Positions 9,933 to 20,009 of a stretch of DNA of 37,588 nucleotides are shown piece by piece. Numbering within the stretch: the stretch's first letter is position 1; every line of letters starts with the position of its first letter. Origin of the DNA: Gemmatimonadota bacterium. GTDB taxonomy: Bacteria; Gemmatimonadota; Gemmatimonadetes; Gemmatimonadales; GWC2-71-9. A program made the position numbers and the translations under genes. The stretch lies in contig QHTZ01000083.1 of assembly GCA_003221005.1 (NCBI GenBank), positions 1 through 37,588 of the forward strand. Reading direction: 5' to 3'. The notes under the pieces were generated by a model that worked only from the letters and a program-made list of their open reading frames with translations, was not told the origin of the DNA and searched no databases.

Positions 9933-11369
9933 ATGACCGGCAGCATCGAAGCGCAAGTCCTGCAGCCCTACAAGTACGGGTTCGTGACCGACATCGAAGC
10001 CGATGTCATCCCGCCCGGGCTGAACGAGGACGTCATCCGGGTCATCTCGCAGAAGAAGGGCGAGCCGCCATGGATGCTCGAGTGGCGGCTCCGCGCCTAT
10101 CGCCAGTGGCTCAAGATGACCGAGCCCCACTGGTCCAACGTGACGTACGGGCCGATCGACTACCAGGCGATCAGCTATTACGCCGCCCCGAAGGCCAAGC
10201 CGAGGCTCGACAGCCTCGAGCAGGTGGATCCCAAGCTCATCGAGACCTTCGAGAAGCTGGGTATTCCGCTCGAGGAGCGGAAGCGCCTGGCCGGCGTCGC
10301 GGTGGACGCCGTGTTCGACAGTGTATCGGTCGCGACCACGTTTCGGGAAACGCTGGCCAAGTCGGGGGTCATCTTCTGCGCGATCTCCGAGGCGATCCGC
10401 GAGTATCCCGACCTCGTGCGCGAATACCTGGGCTCGGTCGTCCCGCACAACGACAACTTCTTCGCGGCGCTCAACTCGGCCGTCTTTACGGACGGCTCGT
10501 TCGCCTACATCCCGAAAGGCGTGCGGTGCCCGCTCGAGCTGTCGACCTACTTCCGGATCAACGCCAGTTCCACAGGCCAGTTCGAGCGCACGTTGATCGT
10601 GGCGGAAGAGGGGAGCTACGTGAGCTACCTCGAAGGCTGCTCCGCCCCGGTGCGGGACGAGAACCAGCTGCACGCCGCCGTGGTCGAGCTCGTGGCGCTG
10701 GACAACGCGCAGATCAAGTACTCGACCATCCAGAACTGGTACCCGGGGGACGAAGCGGGGCGTGGCGGCATCTACAACTTCGTGACCAAGCGGGGTAAGT
10801 GCCTTGGCCGGAACTCGAAGATCTCGTGGACCCAGGTCGAGACGGGATCGGCGATCACGTGGAAGTACCCTGGCTGCATCCTCCAGGGCGACAACTCGGT
10901 CGGGGAGTTCTATTCGGTGGCCGTGACCAATAACCGCCAGCAGGCGGACACGGGCACCAAGATGATTCATCTCGGCAAGAACACCCGCTCGACCATTGTG
11001 TCCAAGGGGATCTCGGCGGGGCGCGGGCAGAACACCTACCGTGGGCTGGTGAAGATCATGAAGGGCGCCGAGCACGCGCGGAACTACTCGCAGTGCGACT
11101 CGATGCTCATCGGTGACAAGTGCGGTGCGCACACGTTCCCCTACATCGACGTGCGCAACAGCAGCGCGATCATGGAGCACGAGGCGTCCACGTCCAAGAT
11201 CGGCGAAGATCAGATCTTCTACTGCAAGCAGCGCGGCCTGTCGAACGAGGACGCCGTGAACATGATCGTGAACGGCTTCTGCAAGGAGGTCTTCAAGGAG
11301 CTGCCGATGGAGTTCGCCGTCGAAGCACAGCGGCTCCTCGGCATCAGCCTCGAGGGGAGCGTGGGGTGA
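9933..11369 (+). CDS. sufB: Fe-S cluster assembly protein SufB
   Basis: [45 protein letters not shown] and HEASTSKI motifs. Confidence 0.98.
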   Translation: MTGSIEAQVLQPYKYGFVTDIEADVIPPGLNEDVIRVISQKKGEPPWMLEWRLRAYRQWLKMTEPHWSNVTYGPIDYQAISYYAAPKAKPRLDSLEQVDPKLIETFEKLGIPLEERKRLAGVAVDAVFDSVSVATTFRETLAKSGVIFCAISEAIREYPDLVREYLGSVVPHNDNFFAALNSAVFTDGSFAYIPKGVRCPLELSTYFRINASSTGQFERTLIVAEEGSYVSYLEGCSAPVRDENQLHAAVVELVALDNAQIKYSTIQNWYPGDEAGRGGIYNFVTKRGKCLGRNSKISWTQVETGSAITWKYPGCILQGDNSVGEFYSVAVTNNRQQADTGTKMIHLGKNTRSTIVSKGISAGRGQNTYRGLVKIMKGAEHARNYSQCDSMLIGDKCGAHTFPYIDVRNSSAIMEHEASTSKIGEDQIFYCKQRGLSNEDAVNMIVNGFCKEVFKELPMEFAVEAQRLLGISLEGSVG

Positions 11370-12157
11370 GGGGGAGCGGGAAGCCGGAACGGGAAAGCGC
11401 CCTGCTCGAGATCGAGAATCTCCACGCGTCGGTCGAGGGGCGCGAGATCCTGCGGGGCATCGATCTCCGGGTGAACGTTGGCGAGGTGCACGCGGTCATG
11501 GGACCGAACGGCTCCGGTAAGAGCACGCTTGCGCAAGTGATCGGCGGGCATCCCGCTTATGCAGTGACGGCCGGGTCGGTGCTGTACCAAGGGAAGGACC
11601 TCCTGGCGATGAAGCCCGAGGAGCGGGCGCGTGAGGGCGTCTTCCTCGCCTTTCAGTACCCAGTCGCGATCCGCGGCATCACCAACGCCTACTTCCTGCG
11701 CTCAGCCTTGAACGCCGTGCGCAAGGCCCGCGGCCAGGAAGAGCTCGGGCCCGTGGAGTTCATGGACGCACTGGAGGACAAGCTCAAGGTCATCGGCTGG
11801 GACGACAGCTACTTGAACCGCCCGGTGAACGACGGCTTCTCCGGCGGGGAGAAGAAGCGGAACGAGATCCTCCAGCTCGCGGTGCTCGAGCCCAAGCTCG
11901 CGATCCTCGACGAGACCGATTCCGGTCTCGACATCGATGCGCTGAAGACGGTGGCACATACGGTGGACAAGCTGCGCCGACCCGAGAGCGCCACCGTGCT
12001 GGTGACTCACTACTATCGGATCCTGACGCACATCACCCCGGACTTCGTGCACGTTCTCTCGGGCGGCCGGATCGTGAAGTCGGGTACCAAGGAGCTCGCC
12101 CTCGAGCTCGAGGAGAAGGGGTACGACTGGCTCCGGGAGGAGGCGGCGGTAGGGTGA
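11366..12157 (+). CDS. sufC: Fe-S cluster assembly ATPase SufC
   Basis: [28 protein letters not shown] and [14 protein letters not shown] motifs. GTG 11366 overlaps the sufB stop (GTGA). Confidence 0.96.
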   Translation: MRGSGKPERESALLEIENLHASVEGREILRGIDLRVNVGEVHAVMGPNGSGKSTLAQVIGGHPAYAVTAGSVLYQGKDLLAMKPEERAREGVFLAFQYPVAIRGITNAYFLRSALNAVRKARGQEELGPVEFMDALEDKLKVIGWDDSYLNRPVNDGFSGGEKKRNEILQLAVLEPKLAILDETDSGLDIDALKTVAHTVDKLRRPESATVLVTHYYRILTHITPDFVHVLSGGRIVKSGTKELALELEEKGYDWLREEAAVG

Positions 12158-13512
12158 CGGCGGCCGTGGACGCCAGGGAACACCACCTTGCCCTGTTCAA
12201 GGCGTTCGCGGGCAACGGCGCGGCAGGGTCGCCGGCGTGGCTGCGCGACCTCCGTGGGCAAGCGATCGCGCGATTCGCCGAGCTGGGATTTCCCTCGACG
12301 AAGCAGGAAGAGTGGCGGTTCACGAGCGTGGCTCCCATCGCCGAGACCACGTTCGCGCTGAGTCACGGGCGCGACGCGCCGGGCGTGACCGCGAGCGCGC
12401 TGGCGCCGTACTGGATAGCCGGGCCGGGGGCCATCCGCCTGGTCTTCGTGAACGGCACGTTCGCTCCCGCGCTCTCCGCCGCGGCCGAGCTCCCTCGGGG
12501 TGTGCGTGCGGGGAGCCTGCGCGCAGCGCTCGCGAGCGACGCCGAGCTGGCGCAGCGGCATCTGGCGCGTCACGCCGACTATCAGACGAGCCCGTTCGCG
12601 GCCCTCAACACGGCGTTCCTCTCCGACGGGGCCTTCGTCTACGTGCCGGCCGGGGTCGAGCTGGAGCGGCCGATCGAGGTCGTGTTCGCGGTCGCGACGG
12701 ATGGGGAGCGGGAGGCGCTGGTAGCGCATCCGCGCACGCTCGTGATCGTGGAGCGCGGCGCCCGCGCCACCGTGCTGGAGAGCTACGTGGCGCCCCAGGG
12801 CGGCGTGTACTGGACCAACGCGGTTACCGAGATTGCGCTCGCCCAGGGTGCGCGGCTCGAGCACTATCGCATCCAGCGCGAGAGCCGGGAAGCCTATCAG
12901 GTCGCCACCACGCACGCGACCCAGGATCGGGACACGGTGCTCCGGCTCCACCCGGTCGCGCTCGGCGCGGCGCTCGCCCGGCACGACCTCCGCACGGAGC
13001 TCGCCGGCACCGGCGGCGAGCTGATCCTCAACGGGCTCTACCTGCTGCGCGGGCGCCAGCACGCGGACCACCACACCGTGATTGACCACGCCCAGCCGCA
13101 CTGCGCGAGCCACGAATACTTCAACGGCCTCCTGGGAGAGCAGGCGCACGGCGTCTTCAACGGCCGCATCATCGTCCGCCCCGGGGCGCAGCGCACCGAC
13201 TCGAAGCAGACCAACAACAACCTGTTGCTGTCCGCGGACGCGCGGGCCGACAGCCAACCGCAGCTCGAGATCTACGCCGACGATGTGAAGTGTACGCACG
13301 GCTCGACCGTTGGTCCGCTCGACGAGACGGCGCTGTACTACCTGCGGAGCCGCGGTCTCGCGGCCGAGACGGCGGCGGGGATGCTCACCTACGGATTCGC
13401 CGCAGAGATCCTCGGCCGGATGGAGCACGCGGCGGTGCGGGACGAGCTCGACCGTGTGATCCGGGGTCGCCTCGCCGACCGCACGCGCGGCGGGCGGCGG
13501 GGGGCGACGTGA
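12154..13512 (+). CDS. sufD: Fe-S cluster assembly protein SufD
   Basis: FPSTKQEEWRFT, FAALNTAF, VFNGRI, PQLEIYADDVKCTHG and YLRSRG motifs. Confidence 0.96.
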   Translation: MTAAVDAREHHLALFKAFAGNGAAGSPAWLRDLRGQAIARFAELGFPSTKQEEWRFTSVAPIAETTFALSHGRDAPGVTASALAPYWIAGPGAIRLVFVNGTFAPALSAAAELPRGVRAGSLRAALASDAELAQRHLARHADYQTSPFAALNTAFLSDGAFVYVPAGVELERPIEVVFAVATDGEREALVAHPRTLVIVERGARATVLESYVAPQGGVYWTNAVTEIALAQGARLEHYRIQRESREAYQVATTHATQDRDTVLRLHPVALGAALARHDLRTELAGTGGELILNGLYLLRGRQHADHHTVIDHAQPHCASHEYFNGLLGEQAHGVFNGRIIVRPGAQRTDSKQTNNNLLLSADARADSQPQLEIYADDVKCTHGSTVGPLDETALYYLRSRGLAAETAAGMLTYGFAAEILGRMEHAAVRDELDRVIRGRLADRTRGGRRGAT

Positions 13513-14741
13513 TGCTCGACGCCGCCCGGATCCGCACCGACTTCCCGCTGCTGAGGCAGCAGGAGAACAAGCACCGGATCGTGTACCTGGACAACGCGGC
13601 CACGACGCAGAAGCCGCAGGCCGTGCTCGACGCCCTCGCGAACTACTACCGCACCACGAACGCGAACGTTCACCGCGGAGCGTACGATCTCGCGATCCGC
13701 GCCACGGAGGCCTACGAGGCCGCGCGGAGCCGCGTGGCGCGCTTCGTCAACGCCTGGGCACCCGAGGGCGTGGTGTTCACGCGCGGCACGACCGAGGCCA
13801 TCAATCTCGTCGCGGGCTCCTACGGCCGCGCCAACGTGCGCGCGGGCGATACCGTGGTCGTGACCGCCATGGATCACCACTCGAACCTGGTGCCCTGGCA
13901 GATTCTGTGTCAGGAGAAGGGCGCCACGATTCGGATGGTGGAGATAACGGAGGACGGGCGGCTCGATCTGTCGGATTTCGGCCGGGCGCTCGAGCGGCGC
14001 CCCAAGCTCGTGGCGTTCCCGTACGTGTCGAACGCGCTGGGGACGATCAATCCCGCGGCGCAGCTCGCACGGCTCGCGCACGCGGCGGGGGCGGTCGTGC
14101 TGGTGGACGGCGCGCAGTCCACGCCGCACCTACGGGTCGACGTGCAGGCGCTCGATTGCGACTTTTACGCCCTCTCGGGGCACAAAATGCTCGGGCCCAT
14201 GGGGTCGGGGGCGCTCGTGGCGAAGCCCGCGCTGCTCGACGCGATGCCGCCTTACCACGGAGGCGGTGAGATGATCTCCCGCGTGTGGGACGATCACTCG
14301 ACCTACAACCAGCTGCCGCACAAGTTCGAAGCCGGGACTCCGAACGTCGAGGGCGCGGTCGGACTCGCGGCGGCCATCGACTATCTCGAAGGCATTGGGC
14401 TCGACCGGATCGCCGAACACGAGGTGGCGTTGGCCGGCGCCGCGATCGAGCAGCTGTCGCGGATCGAGGGAGTCACGGTGTACGGCCCCAGGGACCACCG
14501 CGCCGGCGTCGTGTCGTTCACGTACGGTGACATTCACCCGCACGACATCGCCACCATTCTCGACCAGGACGGCGTCTGTATCCGCGCGGGCCATCACTGC
14601 ACCCAGCCGCTGATGCGTCGCCTCAATGTCGCCGCCACCGCGCGGGCCTCCTTCTACGTGTACAACGACCGGGACGACGTCACGGCGCTCACCACGGCGC
14701 TGGCCAAGGCCGGAGCCCTGTTTGGATACGTCCCGGCCTGA
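13512..14741 (+). CDS. sufS: Cysteine desulfurase SufS (type II)
   Basis: YLDNAATTQKP, NANVHRG, VDGAQ, SGHKM, FEAGTP and RAGHHC motifs. Start is GTG 13509 or ATG 13512 overlapping the sufD stop. Confidence 0.96.
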   Translation: MLDAARIRTDFPLLRQQENKHRIVYLDNAATTQKPQAVLDALANYYRTTNANVHRGAYDLAIRATEAYEAARSRVARFVNAWAPEGVVFTRGTTEAINLVAGSYGRANVRAGDTVVVTAMDHHSNLVPWQILCQEKGATIRMVEITEDGRLDLSDFGRALERRPKLVAFPYVSNALGTINPAAQLARLAHAAGAVVLVDGAQSTPHLRVDVQALDCDFYALSGHKMLGPMGSGALVAKPALLDAMPPYHGGGEMISRVWDDHSTYNQLPHKFEAGTPNVEGAVGLAAAIDYLEGIGLDRIAEHEVALAGAAIEQLSRIEGVTVYGPRDHRAGVVSFTYGDIHPHDIATILDQDGVCIRAGHHCTQPLMRRLNVAATARASFYVYNDRDDVTALTTALAKAGALFGYVPA

Positions 14742-15165
14742 GCCCCAGCTCAGCGCGCTCTATCAGGAGCTGATCCTCGATCATTACCGGCGGCCCCGTA
14801 ACAAGGGGACGCTCGAGGGGGCGACGCACTCGGTCGCGCTGAACAACCCGCTGTGCGGTGACGAGATCGATCTCCAACTGCGCCTCGAGGGCGATGTCAT
14901 CAAGGACGTGCGCTTCATCGGTCGCGGCTGCTCGATCAGTCAGGCCGCGGCGTCCATGATGACCCAGGTGGTGAAACAGCGGCGCCTGGCCGACGCCTTG
15001 GCGCTCGCCGACCGGATGAGCGCGATGATGCACGGCGACGAGGCCGCGGCGCGAGACCGGACGCTGGGCGACCTGCGGGCGCTTGCCGGCGTGGCCAAGT
15101 TCCCGGTGCGCGTGAAGTGCGCCATGCTTCCCTGGAACGCCCTGAAAGACGCCGTGAAGTCCTGA
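14722..15165 (+). CDS. sufU: SufU sulfur-transfer/scaffold protein
   Basis: LYQELILDHY..PRN, NPLCGDE, GCSIS and FPVRVKCA motifs. Likely TTG start at 14722 after GGAG (14712-14715), overlapping the end of sufS. Confidence 0.92.
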   Translation: MDTSRPEPQLSALYQELILDHYRRPRNKGTLEGATHSVALNNPLCGDEIDLQLRLEGDVIKDVRFIGRGCSISQAAASMMTQVVKQRRLADALALADRMSAMMHGDEAAARDRTLGDLRALAGVAKFPVRVKCAMLPWNALKDAVKS

Positions 15166-15214
15166 GGGTCGTGCTGCGGCAAGCTCCCCCCTTCCCTTCT
15201 CCCGTCCGCCCCCG

Positions 15215-16177
15215 ATGACCACCCCGATCCTCGTGCTCGACGGCGTGACCAAGCGCTTCTCGGGCCACACGGCGGTGGACGGCCTGTCGCTCGCCATTCC
15301 CCCGGGCGTGATCTACGGGCTCCTCGGGCCGAACGGCGCCGGTAAGACCACCACGATCCGCATGATCCTGGACATCATCAGGCCGGATGCGGGCTCCGTG
15401 CGGCTGTTCAGTGAGACCGGCCGCGCGCGCGATCACTCGGCGCGGGTGGGGTACCTCCCCGAAGAACGCGGGCTGTACCGCAAGATGCGGGTCGTGGACG
15501 TGCTGGTCTTCCTCGCCGAGATGAAGGGCATCGAGCGCCGTGTCGCGCGGGCGCGGGCGCTCGCGTGGCTCGAGCGCCTGGGGCTAGGGCCCTGGCGTCT
15601 GCGCCGCATCGACGAGCTCTCGAAGGGCATGCAGCAAAAGGTCCAGTTCATTTCGACGCTGCTGCACGAGCCGGCGCTGGTCGTCCTCGACGAGCCGTTC
15701 GCGGGGCTCGATCCGGTGAACACCCAGGTGCTCAAGGACGTCGTGCTCGAGCTGCGCCAAGGTGGCGTGACCGTGCTCTTCTCCACGCACATCATGGAGC
15801 AAGCCGAGAAGCTGTGCGACCAGCTGTGCATCATCGCGCGCGGACGAAAACTCGTGGGCGGCTCGCTTAGCGACATCAAGCGAACTTCGAGCGGACAGCA
15901 TCTCACCATTGGGTTCGACGGCGAGGCTGGGGACGCGGCGCGCCTGTTTGCGGAGCGGCGGCTGGTGAAGCAAGTGGACGACTACGGGCAGTATGCCGAG
16001 CTCGAGCTCACGCCCGGGGCAGACCCGCAGGAGCTGTTGCGGCTGCTTGTGGCTTCCGGAGCGCGGCTCTCCCGGTTTCAGGTCATGGAGCCGTCCCTGC
16101 ACAAGATCTTCATGGACCTCGTGGGCCGCGACGCGGCGCGCCCCGTTGTGCGGGAGGAGCTGATCACGCGTGCCTAA
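15215..16177 (+). CDS. ABC transporter ATP-binding protein (ABC-2 type, NatA/YhaQ-like)
   Basis: GPNGAGKTT, GYLPEERGLY, LSKGMQQK, LDEPFAGLDP and STH motifs; C-terminal EPSLxxIF. Confidence 0.93.
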   Translation: MTTPILVLDGVTKRFSGHTAVDGLSLAIPPGVIYGLLGPNGAGKTTTIRMILDIIRPDAGSVRLFSETGRARDHSARVGYLPEERGLYRKMRVVDVLVFLAEMKGIERRVARARALAWLERLGLGPWRLRRIDELSKGMQQKVQFISTLLHEPALVVLDEPFAGLDPVNTQVLKDVVLELRQGGVTVLFSTHIMEQAEKLCDQLCIIARGRKLVGGSLSDIKRTSSGQHLTIGFDGEAGDAARLFAERRLVKQVDDYGQYAELELTPGADPQELLRLLVASGARLSRFQVMEPSLHKIFMDLVGRDAARPVVREELITRA

Positions 16178-17429
16178 GGTCCTGGCGGTCATCCGCCGCG
16201 AGTTCGTCGAGCGCGTGCGGAGCAAGTGGTTCTGGGTGTCGGCAATCCTGGTGCCGCTCTTTCTGGCGGCGGTGATCCTCCTCCCCGCGGCGTTCGCTTC
16301 GTCGGGCGGACCGAAGCGGATCGTCGTGGTCGACGGCACCGGCTCGACATTCGGCCAGCGGGTCACGGAGGCGTTGCGGGCCGGCACGACGTTCCAGGCG
16401 AGCCGCGTCACTGCGTCCCCGGGCGTGATCGATTCGCTGATGCGGGAGGTGGGTGCCAAGCGCCTCGACGGCGTCCTGGTGCTCGCCCGGGACGTCGTCA
16501 GGACCGGTGCGGCCGAATATCGGGCGACCAACGTCTCCTCGCTCCGCGATATCGGGGAGCTGCGGCGCGTCCTCGGGAGCGTCGTCACGACGGCGCGGCT
16601 GGAGCGGGCCGGCATCGATCCGGCAGTCATGGCGCGGGCGGAGCAGCCGATCACCCTTGCGACACAGAAGATCTCGGGGTCTGCGACCACAGGCGAGAGC
16701 TCGGCGCAGTCGTTCTCGCTCGCGTATTTCATGGGGATCATTCTCTACATGGTGATCCTCATGTACGGGGTCAACGTGAAGAGCTCGGTGCTCGAAGAGA
16801 AGACGACGCGGATCGTGGAAGTGCTGGTATCCTCGATTCGCCCGTTCGCGTTGCTCTGCGGTAAGGTCGTGGGCGTGGGCGCGGTGTCACTGCTGCAGCT
16901 CGCCATCTGGGCCGTGGCAGGCAGAGTGCTGTTCAGTCAACGAGCGGCGCTGGCGGGGCGCATGGGCGGCCTCGAGACCGATGGGGGATTGTTCCAGGTG
17001 CCGCATGTGTCGACCGCCACTGCGGCGGTCTTTCTCGCGTATTTTCTCGGCGGCTTCTTACTCTACTCCGCCATGTTCGCCGCGGTGGGCGCGATGTCGT
17101 CGAGCGAGCAGGAGGCGCAGCAGGCGCAGCAACCACTCGTCCTCGTGCTGGTGGCGTCGTTTCTGTCCATGTTCGCGGAGCTCAACGATCCCAGCTCGAC
17201 GCTGGCAGTGGTGTTGTCGGTCGTGCCGTTTTCCTCGCCCATCGCGATGCCGGTACGGTGGGCGGCCGGCGATCTCCCGCCGGTCGAGCTCGCGGGGTCG
17301 CTGGTGCTGCTCATCGCCGGGATTGTGGGCGTGACGTGGGTGGCAGCGCGCATATACAGGGTGGGGATTTTGATGACGGGAAAGCGGCCGAGCCTCAGGG
17401 AGTTAGTAAGATGGGTAAAAGCCGCATGA
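16170..17429 (+). CDS. ABC-2 type permease (NatB/YhaP-like)
   Basis: N-terminal TM helix, extracytoplasmic domain, EEKTTRIVEVLVSS...GK motif, multiple TM helices and the ARIYRVGILMTG ending. Confidence 0.92.
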   Translation: MPKVLAVIRREFVERVRSKWFWVSAILVPLFLAAVILLPAAFASSGGPKRIVVVDGTGSTFGQRVTEALRAGTTFQASRVTASPGVIDSLMREVGAKRLDGVLVLARDVVRTGAAEYRATNVSSLRDIGELRRVLGSVVTTARLERAGIDPAVMARAEQPITLATQKISGSATTGESSAQSFSLAYFMGIILYMVILMYGVNVKSSVLEEKTTRIVEVLVSSIRPFALLCGKVVGVGAVSLLQLAIWAVAGRVLFSQRAALAGRMGGLETDGGLFQVPHVSTATAAVFLAYFLGGFLLYSAMFAAVGAMSSSEQEAQQAQQPLVLVLVASFLSMFAELNDPSSTLAVVLSVVPFSSPIAMPVRWAAGDLPPVELAGSLVLLIAGIVGVTWVAARIYRVGILMTGKRPSLRELVRWVKAA

Positions 17430-17442
17430 GGACGTGTAGCGA

Positions 17443-17962
17443 CTAGACGCATAGACGCGCAGCAGTGAATAGTCGACAGTGCGTAGGTTCGCGCCTGCGG
17501 GCGGGGAAATGATTCCACACTCCACGGTGCCCGGCGGTATCGTTGCTCGTCATGCCCCTACATCACACCCTCAAGGCTTGGCAGCACGCGCAACGTTTGG
17601 CGGTCGAGTGCGCCAAGGCCGCCCAACGCTTTCCCGAGTGCGAGCAGGCGGCCCTCTCCGATCAGTTGCGCCGCGCGGCATACAGCATTCCCCTGAACAT
17701 TGCTGAAGGCTGCACCCGCAACGGGACGAAGGACTACCGGCGCTTTCTGGATACCGCGTGGGGCTCGCTTGCGGAGGTGGAGACCGCGCTGTCCATCGCG
17801 CGGGACATCGGGTATCTCGAGCCCGCGGATTTCGGTCGGCTCGAAGCGCTCGCGACCGAGACGAGTAAGACGCTATTCGGGCTCATCCGAAAGATCAGCG
17901 GCAGCCCCGCGAAAACTGCCAAATCCTCTTAACTGTTGCCCACCGTGCGTCTGTCCGTCTAG
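17443..17962. repeat. Imperfect inverted repeats flanking the four-helix-bundle gene
   Basis: CTAGACGCATAGACGCGC (17443-17460) versus the reverse complement of 17945-17962 (CTAGACGGACAGACGCAC): 15 of 18 identical. Each arm is built from two roughly 8-nt YAGACG units. Confidence 0.7.
17552..17932 (+). CDS. Four-helix-bundle protein (23S rRNA IVS protein / S23-like, Avd-related family)
   Basis: LKAWQ...FP..E..ALSDQLRRAAYSIPLNIAEG...RFLDTAWGSLAEVET...GYL signature; ATG at 17552. Confidence 0.92.
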   Translation: MPLHHTLKAWQHAQRLAVECAKAAQRFPECEQAALSDQLRRAAYSIPLNIAEGCTRNGTKDYRRFLDTAWGSLAEVETALSIARDIGYLEPADFGRLEALATETSKTLFGLIRKISGSPAKTAKSS

Positions 17963-17995
17963 CCTTTGCATCGCCTGCTCACTTAGCTTCTCTAC

Positions 17996-19864
17996 ATGTC
18001 TGTTGACTATGATGTCATCGTGGTCGGCGCCGGCCACTCCGGCTCCGAAGCCTCCGCCATGGCTTCCCGCCTCGGCGCCCGCACTTTGCTCGTGACGTCG
18101 AACCTCGACACTATCGGGCAGATGAGCTGCAACCCCGCCATCGGCGGAATCGCGAAGGGGACGGTCGTGCGCGAGGTCGACGCGCTCGGCGGGATCATGG
18201 GGCGCGCTACCGATCGCGCCACGATCCAGTTCCGCATGCTCAACCGCTCCAAGGGACCTGCGGTGTGGGCCCCGCGGGCGCAGTGCGACCGCGTGCTATA
18301 TCGGCGCGCGGTGCGGGAGCTGCTCGAGGGATTTCCCCTGCTTGAGCTCACGCAGGGGATGGTGTCGCGGCTCGACTGCGACGGCACCGCGGTCCGAGGC
18401 GTCGAGCTCGCGGACGGGCGGCGGTTTAGCTGCCGCGCCGTCGTGATCACTGCGGGGACGTTCTTGCGCGGGCGCATCCACTTGGGAACGGACAGGCAGA
18501 TCCCGGCCGGCCGCGCGGGAGATCAGCCCGCCGTCGCCGTCGCGCAACACATTGAGTCACTTGGACTTACAGTGTCGCGTTTCAAGACCGGTACCCCCCC
18601 GCGGGTCGACGGCCGAACGGTTGACTGGTCCAAGGTGGAGCGCCAGGACGGCGACGCGGCTGACTACCGGTTCTCGTTTTACGAACGCGGGGAACGCCCC
18701 CGCCAACTCCCCTGCTGGATCACCTGGGCGGGACCGGCGGTGAAGGAGATCATCGAGCGCCATCTCCACGAATCGGCGATGTACGGCGGCGCGATCAGTG
18801 CGCGTGGCCCTCGCTACTGCCCATCGGTCGAGGACAAGATCGTCAAGTTCCCGGACGCACGGCGGCATCAGGTGTTCCTTGAGCCGGAGGGACTCGATAC
18901 GCACGAGCTGTACGTGAACGGCCTCTCAACCTCGCTTCCCGTCGCCGTACAGCTCGAGTTCTTACACGCCGTGCCGGGGCTCGAGGACGCCCGGATGACG
19001 CGGCCGGGCTACGCGATCGAGTACGACTACTACCCGCCCACTCAGCTCACACCGTGGCTCGAGACCAAGGCGATCGAACACTTGTTCTTCGCGGGCCAGA
19101 TCAACGGCACAACCGGCTATGAGGAGGCGGCCGCCCAGGGCGTCGTCGCTGGGATCAATGCCGTCCGGCGGCTGCGACAGCATGAGCCCATCGTGCTCGG
19201 ACGCGATGACGGGTATGTCGGCGTGCTGGTCGACGACCTCGTCACTCGAGGCGTGGACGAGCCCTATCGGCTTTTCACCTCGCGCTCCGAGTTTCGGTTG
19301 CTGCTACGGCAAGACAACGCGCTGCGGCGGCTCGTGCCGCTTGCCGAGCGGCTCGGCCTGCTCACGGCGGCGGAACTCCGGACCGCTGAGCGGCGGCTGC
19401 GGGAGGAGGAGCGCCTGCTCGAGGCAGCGCGGACCACGACGATCGCGCCGGGCCAGGTGGCGCCGCTGTTGGTGCCGCAGGGAGTGACGCTGGCGGAGCC
19501 TGAGCGAGTGGCGGCCGTGGCGCGGCGACCAGGTGTGGGACTGCGTGAGCTGCTCGAGGCCACCGGTGTCCGCGTGGACGCGCCCGATGATGTCGTCGCC
19601 GCGGTCGAAATCGAGATCAAGTACGCCGGATATCTCGAGCGCGAGCGAGAGGCGGCGGCTCGCCTGGCGGAGCTCGCGTCGTTCGCGCTCCCGTCGGATC
19701 TTCCCTACCCCGAGCTGCGCTCGCTCGCGACCGAAGCACGTCAGAAACTCGCACGCGTCCGCCCCACGTCCCTCGCCCAGGCGGCGCGGGTGCCGGGGGT
19801 ATCGCCCAGTGATCTCCACAACCTGGTCGTCGAGACACTCCGCTGGCGTCGTCAGGTTGCGTAA
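17996..19864 (+). CDS. mnmG: tRNA uridine-5-carboxymethylaminomethyl modification enzyme MnmG (GidA)
   Basis: VVGAGHSG, MSCNPAIGG, NRSKGPAV, RFKTGTPPR, GPRYCPS and AGQINGTTGYEEAAAQG motifs. Confidence 0.98.
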   Translation: MSVDYDVIVVGAGHSGSEASAMASRLGARTLLVTSNLDTIGQMSCNPAIGGIAKGTVVREVDALGGIMGRATDRATIQFRMLNRSKGPAVWAPRAQCDRVLYRRAVRELLEGFPLLELTQGMVSRLDCDGTAVRGVELADGRRFSCRAVVITAGTFLRGRIHLGTDRQIPAGRAGDQPAVAVAQHIESLGLTVSRFKTGTPPRVDGRTVDWSKVERQDGDAADYRFSFYERGERPRQLPCWITWAGPAVKEIIERHLHESAMYGGAISARGPRYCPSVEDKIVKFPDARRHQVFLEPEGLDTHELYVNGLSTSLPVAVQLEFLHAVPGLEDARMTRPGYAIEYDYYPPTQLTPWLETKAIEHLFFAGQINGTTGYEEAAAQGVVAGINAVRRLRQHEPIVLGRDDGYVGVLVDDLVTRGVDEPYRLFTSRSEFRLLLRQDNALRRLVPLAERLGLLTAAELRTAERRLREEERLLEAARTTTIAPGQVAPLLVPQGVTLAEPERVAAVARRPGVGLRELLEATGVRVDAPDDVVAAVEIEIKYAGYLEREREAAARLAELASFALPSDLPYPELRSLATEARQKLARVRPTSLAQAARVPGVSPSDLHNLVVETLRWRRQVA

Positions 19865-19901
19865 CATCGGCAGATTAAATCAGTTACTCCCCGGGGCGGC
19901 G

Positions 19902-19917
19902 TGTTTCACGTGAAACT
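19902..19917. promoter_or_regulatory. parS: parS centromere-like site
   Basis: TGTTTCACGTGAAACT matches the consensus TGTTNCACGTGAAACA at 15 of 16 positions, with a perfect 14-bp palindromic core, about 90 bp upstream of parA. Confidence 0.92.
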
Positions 19918-20009
19918 TCGCCCCTTTACGCCACACCCTCCTACCACTATATTCTGAACCGCGTTAGCGCACCACCGATATAACATATTGTAGCACAACG
20001 ACTTATAAA

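Noticed and set aside
17552-17932. Diversity-generating retroelement (Avd-like gene)
   Set aside because: No reverse transcriptase and no TR/VR repeat pair were seen in the window.
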